Positions 19,390-29,373 of a stretch of 64,000 bases of DNA are shown here, one piece after another. The notes under the pieces were generated by a model that ran no database searches, had not been told where the DNA came from, and saw nothing but the letters and a program-made list of their open reading frames with translations. This stretch comes from an uncultured Spirochaetota bacterium. Lineage in GTDB: Bacteria > Spirochaetota > Brevinematia > Brevinematales > JAOACQ01. The first letter of the stretch is position 1. The number at the start of each line of letters is the position of its first letter. The position numbers and the translations under genes are program-made. Location: positions 1,856,001-1,920,000 of the forward strand of contig CAWIGG010000002.1 in assembly GCA_963835575.1 (NCBI GenBank). Reading direction: 5' to 3'.

Positions 19390-19727
19390 AATTACATTTA
19401 AACCGGTATATATTTTTAGACTATAAAATCGCGCTATCTGCGGAAACGTTCGTCACCCGGATCAAAAATAAAAAAATGCCGGTCCCGAAGATGTTCGACC
19501 TGATGCGGTTCCCTTTTACCCGCTCAATGATGGAATCCTATTTCAAGAAGGTTATGCCCAGGGACTGCGAGTATTATACAAAAAACGGCTGGCTGAAATC
19601 GGACTATTATTATGATGTAAAACTGAATCCATTGAAAAAAGCTCTCGGATTCTGGTTTGACTCGATGGGTAAAAAGTTCTCAAGAAAAATGGAAAATGAT
19701 ATTAAGAAGGAAGGGATTAGAAATTAA
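19386..19727 (+). pseudogene. C-terminal remnant of a flavodoxin-family protein
   Basis: RDCEYYTKNGWLKSDYYYDVKLNPLKK resembles the tail of iron-sulfur flavoprotein-like proteins; the N-terminal domain is absent. Confidence 0.5.
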
Positions 19728-19931
19728 AATTTCATAAAAAGCCAAATAAACCTTATGATAGTTTGTCAGAAAAACAAAGTTAGCGTAAAATAATTCCCAT
19801 ATTTTATTTTCTTTCCATATTTTATGGATTTACAATTTTTATTGACATAAAATATATGTTCAGGCAGAGTATTCCATGTTTCAATTAAAAAAATTTCTTT
19901 CTTTATCTGCCTGTCCAATCCAGGAGGCAAT

Positions 19932-20513
19932 ATGAATAAAAATATGAGAATTTCTATTATTACACTCTTGTTTGCTGCCGCTTTAACTTTTTCCGGCTAT
20001 AGCCAGATGGTTGTCTCAGGCGGTGGAAACAGCTATTTTGGATCTACGGGTTTAATATTCGGCGGCGGCCTGGGACTTGAATACTGGCTCAGTTTAACTG
20101 AGAAGCGTGCTTCAGAAGGTTTAATGATGGGTTTTGGCCTGGAGTACATTTCATTGACCACCGAAATTACTAAAACTCGCGGCAGCGGCTGGATCTTTCC
20201 GTTAACATTAAAATACGGCTTTAACGTTAATAAAAAATTCAATCTGGGCCTGGGAGGGGGAGCGGCCATGGTGATGAATGATGCGGATGTGGAAGATTAT
20301 GACGGCAACTATTATGTCAGCTCGGAATTAGGCTTCGCCCCTTTTACAGAGGCAGGTCTTACCTATTTCATATCTTCTCAATTTAATTTACAGATCGCTT
20401 TTCGGGGCGGAGAACTCATTAATGAAGGCGGCAGTTACCCCTTTTTCGGCATAAAGCTGTATGCGGGGTATTATATAAATTTACCGGAAAAATCTGATGA
20501 ATCAGACTATTAA
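19932..20513 (+). CDS. secreted outer-membrane beta-barrel-like protein
   Basis: Signal peptide, Gly/aromatic alternating strands. Confidence 0.65.
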   Translation: MNKNMRISIITLLFAAALTFSGYSQMVVSGGGNSYFGSTGLIFGGGLGLEYWLSLTEKRASEGLMMGFGLEYISLTTEITKTRGSGWIFPLTLKYGFNVNKKFNLGLGGGAAMVMNDADVEDYDGNYYVSSELGFAPFTEAGLTYFISSQFNLQIAFRGGELINEGGSYPFFGIKLYAGYYINLPEKSDESDY

Positions 20514-21745
20514 TTAGACTGGTTTATTTTGATACCTTTTTTTGCCACCTGCGGCAGGAGCTTTTCTATTTCCTTAAAGATCTGAGAGGAAACAGGCGGA
20601 CAGCCCTTAATAAAGATGCCGCTCTCTTTCTGTATCAATGTACAGTTCCCGATCAGGAGCGTATCCCCCGATTGAGGTCCGATCGTTTTCCCGATGGCGA
20701 TCCTCAACGGCTTTTCAAAGGAAAGATAATCGGCAAAATCATTGTAATAGCGCTTGAGAAACATCAGGACCGTCGAGAGGCACGCGCTGCATGAATCCTT
20801 ATCCTCAACAAGGACATTTTTATATTCAAGGGATACTTTCTGCGGCGGAGCCTGTAATGAAACGCCCCATTGCATATAATCCGCCGGATCGGCGGTTATC
20901 GGATCCTTTTCAAAATCATACCGGCTGTCTCTTTCCTTAAGCTGATTGACTGCTTCCCGCAGATGATAAACATTCAGAGGATCAAAGCCCATTAATTTTA
21001 CAGCTATTGTGTCAGCCGCAAGGCAGTTTTCCGAAGCGATGACAAGACCTGCCTCTTTCTGCTCGCCGGCGCTCGGCCCGAGACCTTCCTGCGCTATTGT
21101 ACCGTCAATAAGAGTCAAATCAGGAAGAAGGACCTTCGCCAGATCGGCAATGGCCATATCCAGCGGCTTAACCGGCGGAACTACTGATTCCGAAGGCGGA
21201 AGCTGATGGAGCAGGACCTTTTCCCTCCTGTACAGACAGCCCTTCATATTCTTCAATCCCAGCGACACCTGAGTATGCATATGGGTTTTCATTACAGGTA
21301 CTGAAACAATATAATTATTACCCAATATCTCGCGGCAGATTTTGAGCTTATGTATTACTTTTCCATCCGGGATATTTACTATTACTGGAGAAAGCGCGTC
21401 CAGGTCTATTATGGGGATATTCCGTTTTTTTGCCTCTCCGGCTATACCGCTCATCTCAAGGGACTCAAACGCCTTGACGCCCAAAATCGGGCTTTCAGCG
21501 ACAGCGATATTTTTAAAACCCAATTCAAGAAAATGATCCAAAACACCGGCGATTACATCTGGGTTTGTATTGATCCCCAGCCGGGGCTTTACCATTCTTC
21601 CGGCATTCGGCTTGATGATGATCCGCTTATCTTTTATTTTTTCCTCATCAAGCTTAAGGCATTCTAAAACTTCCCGGGGCAATTTATAATAATTATTCCC
21701 TTTACCCACATAAACCGTATTAAAACCCATACTGCGTTTCCCCAA
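20510..21745 (-). CDS. DUF362 domain protein with C-terminal Fe-S motif
   Basis: IKPN, PVMKTH, SLGLKNMKG, IDG...EGLGP, CSAC, GNC, GCPP. Confidence 0.88.
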   Translation of the reverse strand: MGKRSMGFNTVYVGKGNNYYKLPREVLECLKLDEEKIKDKRIIIKPNAGRMVKPRLGINTNPDVIAGVLDHFLELGFKNIAVAESPILGVKAFESLEMSGIAGEAKKRNIPIIDLDALSPVIVNIPDGKVIHKLKICREILGNNYIVSVPVMKTHMHTQVSLGLKNMKGCLYRREKVLLHQLPPSESVVPPVKPLDMAIADLAKVLLPDLTLIDGTIAQEGLGPSAGEQKEAGLVIASENCLAADTIAVKLMGFDPLNVYHLREAVNQLKERDSRYDFEKDPITADPADYMQWGVSLQAPPQKVSLEYKNVLVEDKDSCSACLSTVLMFLKRYYNDFADYLSFEKPLRIAIGKTIGPQSGDTLLIGNCTLIQKESGIFIKGCPPVSSQIFKEIEKLLPQVAKKGIKINQSN

Positions 21746-21859
21746 TCAATCATATTTAATTTATAAGAATAAATATTCTAAAACCTCCGGTCTTTATTTG
21801 CAAAAGATTCATAAAATTTATTTGAGACCTTTGAATAATTATAGAATTTGGCTTTAAAA

Positions 21860-21975
21860 CGCAAAAAGCCGCTCAATATGTCAATTTCGAGCCTTCAGGC
21901 AAAGCAATCTGATTAACTTTGTAGATTGCTTCGGCACAATTGAGCCTCGAAATGACAGTTAACAGGCTTTTTGCG
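21860..21975. repeat. nested REP-like inverted repeat
   Basis: CGCAAAAAGCC/GGCTTTTTGCG arms enclosing GTCAATTTCGAG..AAGCAATCT..AGATTGCTT..CTCGAAATGAC. Confidence 0.7.
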
Positions 21976-22201
21976 GCATGTTTTATGAATTATGAAAAGT
22001 TCAGATTTTTTCTCTTAATCAATTAAAACAATTTATTTTTAATATTTGCTGAAAAAGTAAAAATTTCAGCCCGCCTAATAATAGTTTTTGACTTTTTTAT
22101 CTTATGAAGATAGAATTTTTATCACTGATATCATTTATTTTATTGATTGTTTTTTTTAAACATATTGAAGATTAAAATATTATCAAATGGAGGAAAGATA
22201 T

Positions 22202-22843
22202 ATGAAGAAGCTACTCGGTCCGGCAGTATTAATACTGACAGCTTTGTTTATTGCTTCCTGCGGTACTCCGGTTAAAAAGGAAGCCAGCACAACGGCAAGT
22301 TCAGCGGCGACGGAAACAGCGGCAAAAAAGACCGCTGCAATGAACCCGGCTAACGGCATCGTGATCGCCAATTTTGAATATGATTCTCCGCAGGTGACCA
22401 CCTATCAGGGCCCGCAGTCCAAGGTGTCAGCGGTTTATATTAAGGATATTGTTAATAAAGGCAAACAATCCCTGCATGTCATGAACGATACAAAGGATTG
22501 GGGCGGAGCGCTTCTCGGCCTTTCCGATGAATTAGCCGATTGGTCTGCCTACAATACCTATAAGATGTGGGTATACGGTAAAAACTCGGGATGCGGGTTT
22601 ACCATTACTCTTGAAGAAACAAAAGATCTGGAACTCTGGGTCTATCCTGTTGTTGATAACTGGAAAGGCTGGAAACAGATCATTATTCCTTTAAAGTCCT
22701 TTACTGAAAGGGCAGACTGGCAGCCGGATAAAGCCGTGAAAAACGGAAAAATTGATTATCCGCTTAAGTCATTCCAGTTCTGCACAACGGCCAACGGCAC
22801 ATTTGATCTTTATTTCGGGCAGATAGAGGTGACAAAAGAATAA
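22202..22843 (+). CDS. lipoprotein with CBM11/CIA30-like carbohydrate-binding domain
   Basis: Lipobox IASC, DWS.Y..MWVYG.NSG, DNWKGWKQIIIPLKSF..R.DWQP. Confidence 0.75.
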   Translation: MKKLLGPAVLILTALFIASCGTPVKKEASTTASSAATETAAKKTAAMNPANGIVIANFEYDSPQVTTYQGPQSKVSAVYIKDIVNKGKQSLHVMNDTKDWGGALLGLSDELADWSAYNTYKMWVYGKNSGCGFTITLEETKDLELWVYPVVDNWKGWKQIIIPLKSFTERADWQPDKAVKNGKIDYPLKSFQFCTTANGTFDLYFGQIEVTKE

Positions 22844-22854
22844 ACAATAGATAA

Positions 22855-22887
22855 AAATAAAGCGGCGATCATTTCACCGCTTTATTT
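22855..22887 (+). terminator. intrinsic terminator
   Basis: AAATAAAGCGG...CCGCTTTATTT. Confidence 0.65.
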
Positions 22888-22976
22888 AACGACCTCTTTT
22901 TTTAGAGAAAAGCCTTCCGCCGATTATCCCGAATATATTTTTAGTGAATGTTATTGACTGAGAAGAATCATGGCCT

Positions 22977-23741
22977 TTGAAGGACACAGATATGAGAATT
23001 AATTTTCATCAGGTATTAATCGGAATTCTACTCCTGATGTCTTCAGCAGTGATCTATTATTTAAGTATCTTTTTATTCAAACAGCCGGGAACCACTCTTT
23101 TTTATATAGTCCAGGACATCGCTTTTATTCCGCTCCAGATACTTATTGTCACGCTCATTTTAGACCGGCTGCTGTCAAACCGGGAAAAAAACGCCATCCT
23201 GCAGAAACTCAATATGGTCATCGGGGTATTCTTCGGCGAAATGGGCAATTATCTGATCCGGTCTTTCCTGGATATGGATGAAAAGGCGCCGGAATTACGG
23301 GATAAAATACTGCTGATTCAGAACTGGGACAGCGGGGATTTAAAGCAGTTTCAATCCTTCCTTAAATCAGTTAATACTTCTGCACAAACCAGCGGGAAAA
23401 GGCTGGAAGCGTTGAAAAAATTCCTTCTGGAAAAAAGGGGGTTCCTGCTTGAACTTATGGGCAATCCCAACCTGCTCGAACATGAAAGATTCTCCCAGCT
23501 CCTCTGGGCGGTCTTCCATCTCACTGAAGAACTTCAGTACAGGAGCAATGTGTTGAATTTAACCGCTCCCGACCGGAAGCATGTGGAAAATGACATTCTG
23601 AGGGCAGATCAGCTCCTGATTCTGGAATGGGTTTATTATATGCGGCATCTTAAATCGCATTATCCCTATCTCTTTTCGCTGGCAGTCCGGCTGAACCCGT
23701 TCCTGGAACATCCATCCGCGGCAATAAAACAAAATTCCTGA
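22977..23741 (+). CDS. conserved hypothetical membrane protein
   Basis: 2 TM, KLNMVIGVFFGE, NPNLLEHE.F..LLWAVFHL, YPYLFSLA.R.NPF. Confidence 0.78.
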   Translation: MKDTDMRINFHQVLIGILLLMSSAVIYYLSIFLFKQPGTTLFYIVQDIAFIPLQILIVTLILDRLLSNREKNAILQKLNMVIGVFFGEMGNYLIRSFLDMDEKAPELRDKILLIQNWDSGDLKQFQSFLKSVNTSAQTSGKRLEALKKFLLEKRGFLLELMGNPNLLEHERFSQLLWAVFHLTEELQYRSNVLNLTAPDRKHVENDILRADQLLILEWVYYMRHLKSHYPYLFSLAVRLNPFLEHPSAAIKQNS

Positions 23742-23880
23742 CATGGATTATGAGTTATAAATATATGATTTACAGAGCAGTTAATATTATCCTGACATTG
23801 ACGGATTTAGTTTCCTGAACTTGATAATTATATTATAATAGTTATAATTCAATCATAAAATCAAAATTAAGGATTTAATT

Positions 23881-24570
23881 ATGCCTATGATAGCAGAGTT
23901 TCAAAACGTGACAAAATCTTATGCGGCGGGAGAGTCAAAAACAGCCGTCCTGCATAATCTCAATTTTTCCATCGGCACGGAAGAGATGACGGCCTTTGTC
24001 GGGCCATCCGGCTCCGGAAAAACCACAATACTGAACCTTCTCGGCTGTATAGACCAGCTGGATTCGGGGCGCATCAGCCTGGACAATCAGGATGTGACAG
24101 CGCTTTCGTCCGGCCGTCTTGCCGAGCTCAGGAACGAAAAGATCGGTTTCATCTTTCAGAGCTTCAACCTGATCCCGGTGCTGACGGCTTTTGAAAACGC
24201 GGAATTTCCACTCCTTCTCGGCGGTATGAAAGATGCCGGTGAACGTAAAGAAAAGGTGATGGAAATTCTAAAGCTTGTCGGGATAGAAAAGCTCTCGCAC
24301 AGAAGGCCCAGCCAGCTTTCCGGCGGCCAGCAGCAGCGCGTCGCCATAGCCAGGGCGCTCGTAAAAAAGCCCCTGCTGGTACTCGCCGACGAGCCGACCG
24401 CGAACCTTGACTCCAAATCCGCCGCGGAAACGCTGGAGATCATGCGCAGGATGAACAACGAGCTCAAGACGACCTTTGTCTTTTCGACCCACGACCAGAA
24501 GCTCATGCAGTTCGCGCGGCGGCTGATGGTCCTTGAAGACGGGAATATTATTAAGGATGAGACAAAATGA
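23881..24570 (+). CDS. ABC transporter ATP-binding protein (LolD/MacB-like)
   Basis: GPSGSGKT, LSGGQQQR, LADEPT. Confidence 0.95.
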   Translation: MPMIAEFQNVTKSYAAGESKTAVLHNLNFSIGTEEMTAFVGPSGSGKTTILNLLGCIDQLDSGRISLDNQDVTALSSGRLAELRNEKIGFIFQSFNLIPVLTAFENAEFPLLLGGMKDAGERKEKVMEILKLVGIEKLSHRRPSQLSGGQQQRVAIARALVKKPLLVLADEPTANLDSKSAAETLEIMRRMNNELKTTFVFSTHDQKLMQFARRLMVLEDGNIIKDETK

Positions 24571-25844
24571 TAGAGCCGAAGGAATTGTTCAAGCTGGCCG
24601 CCAGGAATGTCCGGCGCAACCATGTCAGGACCTTGCTGACCGTGGCGGCGATCGCCATTGGAATACTGGCCTATCTGATGTCAAGCGCCGTGATCGGCGG
24701 TATTGACGAGACATCCATCAGGAATATGATCAACGCTGAAACCGCCCATATCAAAATTTATGATAACGCCTACTATCCGGATAGAAAAGAGATGTATCTT
24801 GAAAACCTCATTTCAAATTATGAGGCGCTTTCAGGAGAGATAACTTCATTGAATAAAAATATTTCCGTTACGGCGCGGCTTAAATTTCTCGGTTCCGTGG
24901 CGATGCCGGATGAAGACGCTCCATGCACCGTAATCGGCGCCGACCCGCAGAAAGACGGCCTTGTCTTTAATGTCCTCAGAAGCATTGTGCCTTATACAAA
25001 AAGTCCTGAAAATGAAAAAAGAGAAGCCCTCAATAAGTTTCAAAGCGATCCCCACTCATGCCTTGTCGGCATCAAGTTCGCCGATTACATCGGCGTGAAG
25101 CCCGGAGACGAGATACTGGTTTCAGGACGAACAATGCACGGCACATACAACGCCGACAGTTATACAATAGCAGGCCTTGTATCCAGCGATAATCCCGGGA
25201 TCGACGCCTTTGCCGTTATTCTGCCCCTTCAATCGGCCCTCGTTTTCGCTGATACAGGCGGCAGAGTCAGCGAAATCGATATAAAAGCGGATTCCAGAAA
25301 CCCGGCGAAACTAAACATCATTAAGGATGAATTAACAAGGATTCTCCCGGCGGGCCTTTCCGCCTATACATGGGAAGAGGAGCTTTCCGACATTCTGACC
25401 GTATTTAAAATCAGGCGCCTGGCGCAGAAAATTATCATCGCTCTTCTCCTGATCGTCGCTATCGCTGGAATAGCCAATACCATGCTGATGGCAGTTTTTG
25501 AACGGACCAAAGAGATCGGCACGCTGGCGGCGATGGGCATGAAAAAACGCGAGATAGTCCTCCTCTTTCTTTTTGAGGGAATGCTCATCGGCATCATCGG
25601 CGGCATCGCCGCCATGGTTATTTCAGCCGTGCCGATGACGCTCCTGATCAATGTCGGTATTCAGGTCAAGGGGACTGAAATGCTCGCTAATATCCCCGTA
25701 TCGAGCAGGATATACGGCTACATCGAGTGGTACCAGCATATCCTCGCTTTCATTATCGCGGCGCTGACGGCTGTTTTTGCCTCGGCCTACCCGGCTTTAA
25801 AAGCCGCGAGGCTCAACATCGCCATGATACTCAGGAGTAAATAA
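24567..25844 (+). CDS. ABC permease (FtsX/LolE-like)
   Basis: ERTKEIGTLAAMG, periplasmic domain, 4 TM. Confidence 0.92.
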   Translation: MIEPKELFKLAARNVRRNHVRTLLTVAAIAIGILAYLMSSAVIGGIDETSIRNMINAETAHIKIYDNAYYPDRKEMYLENLISNYEALSGEITSLNKNISVTARLKFLGSVAMPDEDAPCTVIGADPQKDGLVFNVLRSIVPYTKSPENEKREALNKFQSDPHSCLVGIKFADYIGVKPGDEILVSGRTMHGTYNADSYTIAGLVSSDNPGIDAFAVILPLQSALVFADTGGRVSEIDIKADSRNPAKLNIIKDELTRILPAGLSAYTWEEELSDILTVFKIRRLAQKIIIALLLIVAIAGIANTMLMAVFERTKEIGTLAAMGMKKREIVLLFLFEGMLIGIIGGIAAMVISAVPMTLLINVGIQVKGTEMLANIPVSSRIYGYIEWYQHILAFIIAALTAVFASAYPALKAARLNIAMILRSK

Positions 25845-27079
25845 TGCATTATCTTATTTCATTCTCCTTTAAAAATATCACACGTAATAAACGCAGGACG
25901 GCATTGACCCTTATCGGAATCACACTGGCCGTGGCTGTGCTGATCATGGGCAATTCCGTATTGAATGGCGTGCTGAACCAGGTGCTGGAAGCGGCGATGA
26001 AATCCAGCGGCCACATCAGCATCCAGACAAAAGAATACACAAAGTCCGAAAGGCTTCTGCCTCTCGACAAGGGAATTGACAACCTTCAGGGCCTGATGGA
26101 GACATTAAAGAAATACAGTGAAATAGAATACGCCGTGCCCCGCCTGAACTTCGGCGGTCTTTTTGTCACGAATGACGAAAGCTACGCCGCTTTCGGAAGT
26201 TCCATAGATCCGGTCCTGGAAAGCAGCTTTATCCGGCTGGCGAATAATATCGTCGCCGGTTCCTATTTTACCGGCGGAACAAACGAGGCCGTCATCGGCC
26301 TGGAAATAGCCAAAAAATTATTCTATAAGCCGGGCGATACCGTCCTACTAGTATCCAGGAACAGCTATAACTCAATCGCCGCCAAAAAGCTCAAGATCGT
26401 CGGCATCGCGGACTTTAATATGTTTGATCTGAACCGGACATTTTACATCGATCTGAAAACAGCTTCAGATCTGCTGAAAATCAATGACAGCCCGCAGAAG
26501 GTCATTGTGATCCTCAAAAACCAGGACGATATGAATATGATGAAGTGGAAGCTTTTGAGGGACCCGTTTATTAAGGAATCCGGCCTTCAGGTTTTTAAAG
26601 CCGACGAGGTCGGCCTTTTCCAGACAATGTTTCCCATCATCTTCTGGATATTCAGGTTTGTGATGCTGATATTCCTTCTCGCCGCGACAATGACAATCGC
26701 CAACACAATGATGATGACGGTGCTGGAAAGAACGGCCGAGATCGGCGTGCTGGAAGCCATGGGTATGAAGCGGTATACCGTAATCCTGATGGTTGTGCTG
26801 GAAGCGGCCGTCATCGGGCTGATCGGGAGCCTTATCGGGGCCCTGGCCGGCGGCTCTCTCGCGTTTTACCTCAAGAAGACCGGCATACTCCTGGGCGAGA
26901 ACATAGCCAAAGGAATGCCGATACCGATGAAGAATGTCATTTATCCCGGTGTTAATGTATCTTTGATCCTGACCATTATGGCCGTCGGCATCGGCATCTC
27001 GATGATCGCCGGCGCCGTACCCGCCATCCTCAAGCTGAGAAAGCTCAAACCCGCCGAAGCGATTAGAACGAAAGGATAA
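25844..27079 (+). CDS. ABC permease (FtsX/LolE-like)
   Basis: RNKRRTALT, ERTAEIGVLEAMG. Confidence 0.92.
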   Translation: MHYLISFSFKNITRNKRRTALTLIGITLAVAVLIMGNSVLNGVLNQVLEAAMKSSGHISIQTKEYTKSERLLPLDKGIDNLQGLMETLKKYSEIEYAVPRLNFGGLFVTNDESYAAFGSSIDPVLESSFIRLANNIVAGSYFTGGTNEAVIGLEIAKKLFYKPGDTVLLVSRNSYNSIAAKKLKIVGIADFNMFDLNRTFYIDLKTASDLLKINDSPQKVIVILKNQDDMNMMKWKLLRDPFIKESGLQVFKADEVGLFQTMFPIIFWIFRFVMLIFLLAATMTIANTMMMTVLERTAEIGVLEAMGMKRYTVILMVVLEAAVIGLIGSLIGALAGGSLAFYLKKTGILLGENIAKGMPIPMKNVIYPGVNVSLILTIMAVGIGISMIAGAVPAILKLRKLKPAEAIRTKG

Positions 27080-27080
27080 A

Positions 27081-27132
27081 GCAATTCCAAAACTTGCGGT
27101 GAGCTATTCGAACCGCAATGTTTTGGAATTGC
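27081..27132. repeat. family A palindrome with nested inner hairpin
   Basis: GCAATTCCAAAAC [TTGCGGT GAGCTATTCGA ACCGCAA] T GTTTTGGAATTGC. Confidence 0.75.
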
Positions 27133-27255
27133 CGGTTATATAGACTACAATATGACAAAAAGGCCGCAACCGCGTTAGTATGCGCAGCATACGCAGCGGC
27201 TGCATGCCTCTGCACTATGGCATTGGTTCCAAAAACCCTGGTTTTTGGTTGTGCC

Positions 27256-27298
27256 TTTAATAAAAAGAGAGGGATTAAATCCCTCTCTTTTTATTAAA
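27256..27298. terminator. bidirectional terminator
   Basis: TTTAATAAAAAGAGAGGGAT/ATCCCTCTCTTTTTATTAAA between convergent genes. Confidence 0.8.
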
Positions 27299-27318
27299 TT
27301 ATTTTTTATATTATTCTT

Positions 27319-28737
27319 CTAATCATTCGAAAGAATAAATGCATCAATCGAATAATATAAATTCAGCCATTGACTGGTATATCCGGCGTTTGTGAATGGT
27401 ATGCATTCAATTCCGTTTGAGTCCGGACCGGCTATTTTCACATATCCGCCCGGTAAAAGAACTTCATTAAAGACCGGGATAATATTTGTAAAATCAGTAT
27501 CTTTCAGGCTGCTGTTTGTCAATTCCGTATAAAGATTATGATCCAGCAAGCCTCTCAATGTAAAATTAGTGTCTGAAAGCTTAAGACAATAAACACCTCC
27601 ATTTATGGCGCCTGTTACTGTATGATTATCATTGGTTGTATAAAAAACAGGGTCTCCGGCGCCGTCCAGTTCAACAAAAAGGCTTCTGAGCGATGGCGCA
27701 TTGTCCAGATATCTTCCCAGATTTATTTTTATACCCAATGAGTCGATCGTATTCGTCACATTTGAAACGACGGTCTGCAGATATAAAGCGACCGAATTGC
27801 CGTTGAGAGACGAACCCAGATTCGTGGCCAGATAACCTAAAATCTGCTGTAAATCAGCAGGCATACCTGATGGAATTAAATCCAGGTTCGTTTTGCTTAT
27901 TCGCATAGCTTCATATTGAATTAAAAATTGGTCCAATTTATCTGCGGCGCGGAGCAGATAGGTCTTTGCCGCGGCATATTTTGAAGCGTTCCTCAGCGTT
28001 CCGAAACCGGGCGTGCTGAAGGGGTTGTAAAATATGCTGTTTATGAATGACGGGGCCGGCATACCCTTGCCGTCATAGGCCATTAAATTTGTCATCATAT
28101 TGATCATATTGGGCATATTGACGTCCAGATTCTGCGCGTCCAGGAGGCTGGCCAGTCCCGCAAAAGCAGAGAGAATGACATCCGCAGCGTAAAATTCAAC
28201 CGCGTCGAATTTGATCAAATTCGTATTTGTTTCATGGTTTCCTGTTAAGAGTTCCCTGAAATGCAGGACATCGAAAATGATGCAGGCGTTTTCCGTCTCC
28301 AGAGCACTCAGTTTGGGCAGAATAAGGTCAACTCTTGTCAAAACTTCCGAATCCAAAAAATTCTGGATTGTGCTGACATTTTTAGAATTGAGATAATTCA
28401 GGAGTTGGTTCATATTTGTCGGAACTGTCGGCGCGTTCGTTTCAGTCATTTTCATTAAATCGACTATAGAATGCGGAAGACCGCTGACGCCGAAACCGGA
28501 CGCGAAAGAATGCACACCGGAATCCGCCATAAAGGCATTGGCCGTGTTGATGATAAAAATAAAATTGTCGTTGGATACGCCGCACTGATTAAGCTGGTCC
28601 TTGAATGAAGTTTCCTGCGGAGTTGAAGTATTTGAAGACTGCCCTGAAGACGGGCTGACGGCGCAGCCTGACAGCGCAAGTGCAAAGGCGATCATGAAGG
28701 CTAAAATAAGAGTTGAAAATACACTTTTTTTTCTCAT
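27319..28737 (-). CDS. hypothetical lipoprotein
   Basis: Lipobox LSGC, Ser-rich linker. Confidence 0.75.
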   Translation of the reverse strand: MRKKSVFSTLILAFMIAFALALSGCAVSPSSGQSSNTSTPQETSFKDQLNQCGVSNDNFIFIINTANAFMADSGVHSFASGFGVSGLPHSIVDLMKMTETNAPTVPTNMNQLLNYLNSKNVSTIQNFLDSEVLTRVDLILPKLSALETENACIIFDVLHFRELLTGNHETNTNLIKFDAVEFYAADVILSAFAGLASLLDAQNLDVNMPNMINMMTNLMAYDGKGMPAPSFINSIFYNPFSTPGFGTLRNASKYAAAKTYLLRAADKLDQFLIQYEAMRISKTNLDLIPSGMPADLQQILGYLATNLGSSLNGNSVALYLQTVVSNVTNTIDSLGIKINLGRYLDNAPSLRSLFVELDGAGDPVFYTTNDNHTVTGAINGGVYCLKLSDTNFTLRGLLDHNLYTELTNSSLKDTDFTNIIPVFNEVLLPGGYVKIAGPDSNGIECIPFTNAGYTSQWLNLYYSIDAFILSND

Positions 28738-28987
28738 ATAATCCCCCTATCCTTTTTTTATATTTTTATGAATTATTCAAATATAATCAACTTTAAAGGG
28801 ATTAAATATTTTTATGGGGAATTTGTATTTTCACCAGATTTTATATTATTTTATCATCAATTTATCAATAAAACAAATAAATCTATTTTTTATTATCAAT
28901 TCTGTTTCAATTGACACCTTTTTAAAAAATTGTATAATATTACAGATTTAAAAATACTACTGTAATTTTTAAATTCCGGAGTGATTT

Positions 28988-29350
28988 ATGGAAGAAAGAA
29001 GGCAGGAAATACGCACAATCCTTGACTCAATGCCGGACAGCATGAAAAAGGTGGAAATAAAACCAGATGGAATGAAAAACTGTCCGGCCGTTACCGTTGA
29101 TATCAGCAGCATCGGGATGGCTTTTATGACAACCGGAAAACCGGAACGCAATCTGGAAATCGGCAGCCAGGTCGTCATTCACTTCAATGAGCCGAATTAC
29201 ACTTTAAAGGCTAACGTCGTCTATTCCTATCCTGTCCTTGATTCCTACAGCAGGATCGGCGTTCTCTTTAAAAAAGATAATGCCATCAAGCAGTTTTATA
29301 AGATGCTCGACAAAGCCATGGAAATGATCAACAGCGGAAAGAATAAATAA
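28988..29350 (+). CDS. PilZ domain protein
   Basis: ERRQEIR (RxxxR) and DISSIG (DxSxxG). Confidence 0.88.
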   Translation: MEERRQEIRTILDSMPDSMKKVEIKPDGMKNCPAVTVDISSIGMAFMTTGKPERNLEIGSQVVIHFNEPNYTLKANVVYSYPVLDSYSRIGVLFKKDNAIKQFYKMLDKAMEMINSGKNK

Positions 29351-29373
29351 AAATTCATTTTTTTAAAAAATTT

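Noticed and set aside
5524..19727. integron cassette array
   Set aside because: Genes are co-directional, but no integrase or recurring attC-like sites were seen between them.
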